Source: Promethearchaeia archaeon (GTDB lineage: Archaea > Asgardarchaeota > Lokiarchaeia > Sigyniarchaeales > SOKP01). From it: DNA of 64,000 nucleotides. Positions 58,962-64,000 of the stretch are shown one piece after another. A program made the position numbers and the translations under genes. The stretch lies in contig JAHQWH010000193.1 of the NCBI GenBank assembly GCA_029856105.1, positions 50,449 to 114,448 on the forward strand. Reading direction: 5' to 3'. Position 1 is the stretch's first letter, and every line of letters starts with the position of its first letter. The notes beneath the pieces are model-generated. The model had not been told where the DNA came from. It did no database searches and saw nothing but the letters and a program-made list of their open reading frames with translations.

Positions 58962-60065
58962 TTAATCTTCCGCTTTAACTGCAGATTTTAAGTTAAGATA
59001 TGCGTTTTCGAGGACAGTTAAGTATTCTAGTAAAACTTGATCAGCTTTTGATTTCTTCTCGTATTCAGCTTTAATGACGTTTAATAAATATTTTGGAAAT
59101 ATCTTATCTATGAAAAAGTCTGATACTAACGCGTAATATTCGTTGTTTCTATCGTCTTGGAATACTTGAATTATTTGCCTTTCCCATAATATTTTCAAAA
59201 CTTCGTCAATGTCGTCAACGCCTTTCTTTTTTAACTTCTCAAGGTCGTTTTTAGTTACAATTGCAGTTCGTAACAATCGCAAAGTCTCGTAAACTTGAGG
59301 ATTTATGATAATTTCTATGACTCTTAGGTTATCTTGCTCAGAAGGACGGTAATTTTGGAAAAATTTCTTAGTTTCAGTTCTATAGTCTGCGGCTAATTGA
59401 GAAGGCAACCCTTTATCGGCAGGATCTTTGAGTAATTGAACTGGAGGCATTCGCAACATTAAAATGTCATTTGTAAGAAAAATCAATTCAGAGGGCATCC
59501 CCTTTACTGAAGTTTCTTTGATAAGCTCCCTTTTAATCAATTCAATTAACACGCCTTCTAAATCGACAAATCCTTGTCTATACTTGTCTTTTAACCAAAC
59601 AATTAACTCTGATTTTGAGACAGCACCTTCTTCTCTTAGACGATTGATAATCATCCTTTTGATTTCGTCTTGATAAGTAATTGCTAATCGTTGTTCGTCG
59701 TTTAAGGTTGGATAGACTGATAATCTCCTGAAAAGGGAAGGAACCAGCTGTGCATATCCTTCGTCTTCAAGGTTTTGTAAGATTATCCGTGACGCATCAG
59801 CTAAACCACCTTCGTAAGCGTCAGGATCGTCGTCCAGGTTTAAAAGTAAAAGTATATAATACCCTTTTTCTGGTCCCGTGTAATAAGAAGCAATGTTTAA
59901 AGAACCAACCATTAAACTAATCATCCCCGATTCCCCACTATACTCGTGCGTGCTGTACACCTGCATAAGAGTTTTATCCGTGATCACAATCTCTTCGGGA
60001 TACTTCGCTAGGATTTCAGTACCGACTCTTTCGTCCCATTTCATGACTACTAATCCAACGGGCAT
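58962..60065 (-). CDS. Longin/uDENN-like N-terminal domain plus winged-helix domains (NPRL2-like architecture)
   Basis: GLVVMKWDERVGTEILAKYP resembles the first strands of uDENN/NPRL2 longin domains; two wHTH-like segments follow. Confidence 0.6.
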   Translation of the reverse strand: MPVGLVVMKWDERVGTEILAKYPEEIVITDKTLMQVYSTHEYSGESGMISLMVGSLNIASYYTGPEKGYYILLLLNLDDDPDAYEGGLADASRIILQNLEDEGYAQLVPSLFRRLSVYPTLNDEQRLAITYQDEIKRMIINRLREEGAVSKSELIVWLKDKYRQGFVDLEGVLIELIKRELIKETSVKGMPSELIFLTNDILMLRMPPVQLLKDPADKGLPSQLAADYRTETKKFFQNYRPSEQDNLRVIEIIINPQVYETLRLLRTAIVTKNDLEKLKKKGVDDIDEVLKILWERQIIQVFQDDRNNEYYALVSDFFIDKIFPKYLLNVIKAEYEKKSKADQVLLEYLTVLENAYLNLKSAVKAED

Positions 60066-63000
60066 TTAGAAGGCACCTCCTTTGCTTTCAGTAGATTCCG
60101 GTAATTTCTTTTTCTTCTTAGTATCAATACCCAATATTTCTTCTAACGATAAGCCAAGCATTTCCCATTTATCTCCTAGTCTTTTTATGATAAACTCTTC
60201 CTTAGATGGATACAAAAGCGAGTCTGAAATAGATTTTCTTCCTTTTATGCCTTTGCTCATCTCCCTTACTTTCTTTACAAATGTAGGAATTCTAGCTCTT
60301 TGAATCTGACGGTAAGCTACTAAACTACCCGCTATAGCAATTATTCCAATTAAAATCATCAAAAAGTAGAACATAGGAAAACCAGGAAATATTTCGACTA
60401 ATTTAACATCTATAAAGACAGATATTTTTGATTCAGTATAATTCGCCTTATTAATTGTAATTTCCCCAGGAATTTGTTCAGAAAAGATAAATGCTTCTGG
60501 AATTGCTGAATCAGGAATAATAACGCTATAAATACCATCATCATCGTCATCACTAAAATCATATCTTTCACCATCTAACATCAAATAAACTTCTGCGTTT
60601 AATAGTGGCGTTTCATCAATAGGATCTGTTACAGAGATATCAAACGTTAAATCATTGCCTGATACTATTGAAATGATATTATCAACTTCTACTTCTATAT
60701 CTCTTGGAATAATGTGAAGAAATATTATAGCATCTCTTTCTACATAATTCGTTTCACCTAACTTAACTATTAATGTATATGTAGCAATATCTAAAGATTC
60801 TGTGTCTAAATCTAATTCATAAATTCCATTACCCAAATCATTTAAACTAGCCATTCCAGTATCTACAACAACACCATTAATGTCTTTCTCCCAAGTACAT
60901 TCGCTCACATCTACATCTGACAATCCAAATCCAGTGGTTTCAATAGTATATTCAAAGTAAAAGTTTTTAGATGTCCCTATATAAACATCGAATGTTTCGT
61001 ATATTGCTGCTGAATCATTTAACCTTGTATTAATTTCATTTATTGTTAAAGGAAGAAAAATTGATTTGCTTTCATAGTTTTGTTTGAATGCTGAGATTTG
61101 TAGGAGATAATTTCCATATATCGGAAATGCAGAACTACTGAATTCTAATCGATACAATCCTCCAGAACCATATGGCGTTAAATAACCCGTTATTCCACTA
61201 ACCCCAATTGCGAAATATTGAACGGTTGCTCCATCAATATCCTCATCAGGATCAGCATAAAGATCGACATAGTGGATATCTAAGGAAATAAGATCGTTCC
61301 AATAGACTTGTGGATTAGCATCACTTGAAATTAAATCTGTGGTTTTGTCAAGAAGAGTAAAGGTTGTTGATGTTTGGTTTATAATATATCCTGGTTTTGA
61401 AGCAGTAATTTCCATCGTGTATGTTACACTTGACTCCCAATTTGCTCCTCCAGATTCTATTGGGTTAGATGTATCGATAATAAGGCTATAAACTCCGTTT
61501 CCCGTCTCAGAAAAAGTTAATACGCCTGTATTAATTTTCATTGCGCCAATTTTAATATCGTATGTAACTATACCACCTTCAATAGGTTGTATAGGTTCAA
61601 GATTCTTCTGGAAAGTGTAATTGACCCATAGGTTTAACGAATCTCCTAACATTATATTTTCTGTTCCACTGGAATTAACCATCAAAAAGGATTTATAAGA
61701 ATTTCCCGTTGTAACATTGATAACCGTGTAAAGGTATTGGTAAAATGGCAAAGTAATACTTGTTATATCACCAGAGTCTAAATCGTCATTACAACCCAAG
61801 TCTTCGTAAGGTTCACCATGCCAATTAACCGTTAAACTAATGTTTCCACTATTAGCGTCAGTTAAATTCGCCCATCTAAAAAAAGTTATTCCCGTGGAAC
61901 TAGTGATTTCATATCCTAGTAAAGCTGATCCAGAACCATCATCAATAGAAAAAGTTATATTTGCACCTACAACATCCTCATAAATAACGCCACCATCTTC
62001 TCTCTGAAACTTCAATTCTAAAGAAGTTATTTTTACTTTTTTGAATTCTACATCATATAGGCCATTTATATCTACGCTAGTTTCGTTTAGTTCTATTGTC
62101 TGAGGCGATGTTATTGTTAGAGTTTGACCATATCTCACGTACGACACATTTACAACGTAAATTCCATCTTCAAATCGGTTGAAAATAGTACTTCCAAATT
62201 CATCTGTAGTTTGAGTCCAATATTTTGCATAATTTGAGGCGTTCCAAACGGTTACTGTGGCATCTGGTAATAAGTTATCATCTATATCAGTTACATTTAC
62301 ATCTATGCTGTAGAAAAGACTATCTTGTTGATACATGTAAATATTTGAAGATTCTCTTAATGACATAAGAGTATCGTCAAAATGGTTCACCATTCCTGCA
62401 TTATCTAGATTACCTGATTTATTTACACTTCCAGCTAACTCCCAGAAATCAATAATTAATTTATAGGATTCATTACCAACGCTATTATCAAAATCGTTTA
62501 TTGAGCCTGGTAAAAACTCAATAATACCATTATCATAAATAACATCTCCTTTAAAATAACTAATCGAAGTATGAGCCGGATCAGATAATTCGTATCCTTC
62601 TATGAAAATTCCAACTGCGTCGTTAGATGGATCTGGAGCATTGTGAATAATCGTGTAATTTTCAGCAACAAATCCAGCAGTTGTAATATCTTCTTGAAGG
62701 TTTCCATCATAGATGTATAATAAGTTGGTATGCTCGTCAACGACTGAGAAATCGTAGTTTGTATTTAACGCAAACATACGATCGATTGTTGAATTAAATT
62801 CATTATCAAAGTAGATGCTACGTTCAATGTTCCATAGATCGTAATCGTAGTAGAATGTACAAATATCTTGAACATGCATATCAAAAGCAGTAGTCCAATC
62901 TATTTGATAACTTGAAAAAACATCACCATTCTCTAATTCTGTTATTGTTTGAATAGTAGAAGGCATAGATCCATATTTAAAATCCTCAACTTCTTGATCA

Positions 63001-64000
63001 GAGAGGTATTTATTGTATACAGCTACCTCATCGATGATACCTTTGAAGTATTGATTAATATGTTCGGATGCTCCAATTGTGAACGGACTTCCATCTGCTT
63101 CGTCAATATCGCTTGCACCTGACCATGTAGCTGTATTAGAATCCCATGTGTCTTGGATTCTAACTTCTGCCGTACCTTGTTGATATCTAAAAACTATAAA
63201 ATACCACCCGCCAGTTGTTGTAATTGTTCCAGGTACTCCAAAATCGGCATAAGTATCTCTTGTTTCAGTATCAAGATATACATGGATGTTTCCTTCGTTA
63301 TTTACACCAATTTCGAAATTATCATTGTAAGGATCACTAGCTTTTGCTAATATTACATTTTCAGTTAGATGATTTGTAGCACCTCCTGATAGGGCGCTTG
63401 GATTAATCCAGGCACATACAGTAAATTCTGTGCTTAGCCCATCAAAAGGGTCTCCAAGATCTTCAAGACCATTTGCATAGCTAACAAAATCGTTTCCGTC
63501 AAAATCAAGCCCATATTGTACCATACCATTTACATATTGAGGATCGCCGTTTAATACGCCATCAGGAGTGTTACCTGTTGAATCAGAGGCAGAATTCTCT
63601 AGATGTGCTAAAAATTTCAAACTGGGATCTGATAGTTGTTTTTCAGGGGCTAAAGAATCGTCCAAATGGAAATCTAGACTCTCCCTAATTAATTGAGTCG
63701 ATGCTAATCCTTGCTCTAACACTACTTGATATTCCGTTCCAACTGTAACAGTAAGCGTTCCAGCTAATAATTCACTTGAGAAATTAGTAGCGTAATCTTT
63801 TTGCTCGATTTCATCCATATTTTCGTTGTAATAAAGAAAATACGTTTTATTTGCGCTGGCAGTTAAATTTGCAATAAATGTTATAGTACAAGATTCAATG
63901 AAGTTAGTTGCGGGAAATTTAGTAACATTCCATACCTGTAATGGAATTGGATCGCTCCATTCGTCATTTCCAGTTGCATTAAAACTTACAAGTCTTTCAG
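60066..64000 (-). CDS. Giant cell-surface protein (LamG and Ig-like repeats, C-terminal TM and cytoplasmic tail); 5' end runs off the window
   Basis: Frame is open to the window end. LamG motifs LDFDG, FTVCAWINP and FKGIIDEVAVYN; repeated GxGxY / KxxY Ig-like units; many NxS/T sequons; TM FYFLMILIGIIAIAGSLVAY. Confidence 0.9.
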   Translation of the reverse strand, partial: ERLVSFNATGNDEWSDPIPLQVWNVTKFPATNFIESCTITFIANLTASANKTYFLYYNENMDEIEQKDYATNFSSELLAGTLTVTVGTEYQVVLEQGLASTQLIRESLDFHLDDSLAPEKQLSDPSLKFLAHLENSASDSTGNTPDGVLNGDPQYVNGMVQYGLDFDGNDFVSYANGLEDLGDPFDGLSTEFTVCAWINPSALSGGATNHLTENVILAKASDPYNDNFEIGVNNEGNIHVYLDTETRDTYADFGVPGTITTTGGWYFIVFRYQQGTAEVRIQDTWDSNTATWSGASDIDEADGSPFTIGASEHINQYFKGIIDEVAVYNKYLSDQEVEDFKYGSMPSTIQTITELENGDVFSSYQIDWTTAFDMHVQDICTFYYDYDLWNIERSIYFDNEFNSTIDRMFALNTNYDFSVVDEHTNLLYIYDGNLQEDITTAGFVAENYTIIHNAPDPSNDAVGIFIEGYELSDPAHTSISYFKGDVIYDNGIIEFLPGSINDFDNSVGNESYKLIIDFWELAGSVNKSGNLDNAGMVNHFDDTLMSLRESSNIYMYQQDSLFYSIDVNVTDIDDNLLPDATVTVWNASNYAKYWTQTTDEFGSTIFNRFEDGIYVVNVSYVRYGQTLTITSPQTIELNETSVDINGLYDVEFKKVKITSLELKFQREDGGVIYEDVVGANITFSIDDGSGSALLGYEITSSTGITFFRWANLTDANSGNISLTVNWHGEPYEDLGCNDDLDSGDITSITLPFYQYLYTVINVTTGNSYKSFLMVNSSGTENIMLGDSLNLWVNYTFQKNLEPIQPIEGGIVTYDIKIGAMKINTGVLTFSETGNGVYSLIIDTSNPIESGGANWESSVTYTMEITASKPGYIINQTSTTFTLLDKTTDLISSDANPQVYWNDLISLDIHYVDLYADPDEDIDGATVQYFAIGVSGITGYLTPYGSGGLYRLEFSSSAFPIYGNYLLQISAFKQNYESKSIFLPLTINEINTRLNDSAAIYETFDVYIGTSKNFYFEYTIETTGFGLSDVDVSECTWEKDINGVVVDTGMASLNDLGNGIYELDLDTESLDIATYTLIVKLGETNYVERDAIIFLHIIPRDIEVEVDNIISIVSGNDLTFDISVTDPIDETPLLNAEVYLMLDGERYDFSDDDDDGIYSVIIPDSAIPEAFIFSEQIPGEITINKANYTESKISVFIDVKLVEIFPGFPMFYFLMILIGIIAIAGSLVAYRQIQRARIPTFVKKVREMSKGIKGRKSISDSLLYPSKEEFIIKRLGDKWEMLGLSLEEILGIDTKKKKKLPESTESKGGAF

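Noticed and set aside
1907-63350. Many short antisense or overlapping ORFs in the track (e.g. 1907-2128, 10399-10863, 12522-12854, 52280-52687, 57999-58307)
   Set aside because: They are shadows of well-supported genes on the opposite strand or in another frame, with no motifs of their own.
1-64000. CRISPR arrays, transposases, integrases or a prophage, including integration at the tRNA
   Set aside because: I saw no regularly spaced repeats, mobility genes or duplicated tRNA 3' end on manual reading.

Overview
Low-GC, densely coding archaeal chromosomal segment, most likely from an Asgard archaeon of the Lokiarchaeia type. That assignment is inferred from HEAT-LRR paralogs, a gelsolin-like protein, a longin/NPRL2-like protein, a giant LamG/Ig surface protein and a eukaryote-like SECIS. 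The most notable signals are missed by the ORF track. (1) An hdrA-mvhD(vhuD) selenoprotein operon (38205-40668) has four in-frame UGA codons at conserved Cys positions. The only candidate SECIS I found is a eukaryote-type hairpin, and its AUGA core is the mvhD stop codon itself. (2) A tRNA-His(GUG) gene (1172-1335, minus strand) is split by three BHB-flanked introns, all at non-canonical positions. (3) At least four genes have conserved N-termini that can only be translated from AUA or AUU start codons, two of them through an ATAA stop/start overlap. Other points of interest: an FrhB-PyrK fusion closing a 2-oxoacid:ferredoxin oxidoreductase operon, tandem ABC permease-CPBP protease fusions, an atypical AOR, a form IV RuBisCO-like protein, and a surface protein directly abutting an NPRL2-like gene. 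I saw no rRNA, CRISPR array or mobile element. All calls come from manual motif recognition; no database searches were run.
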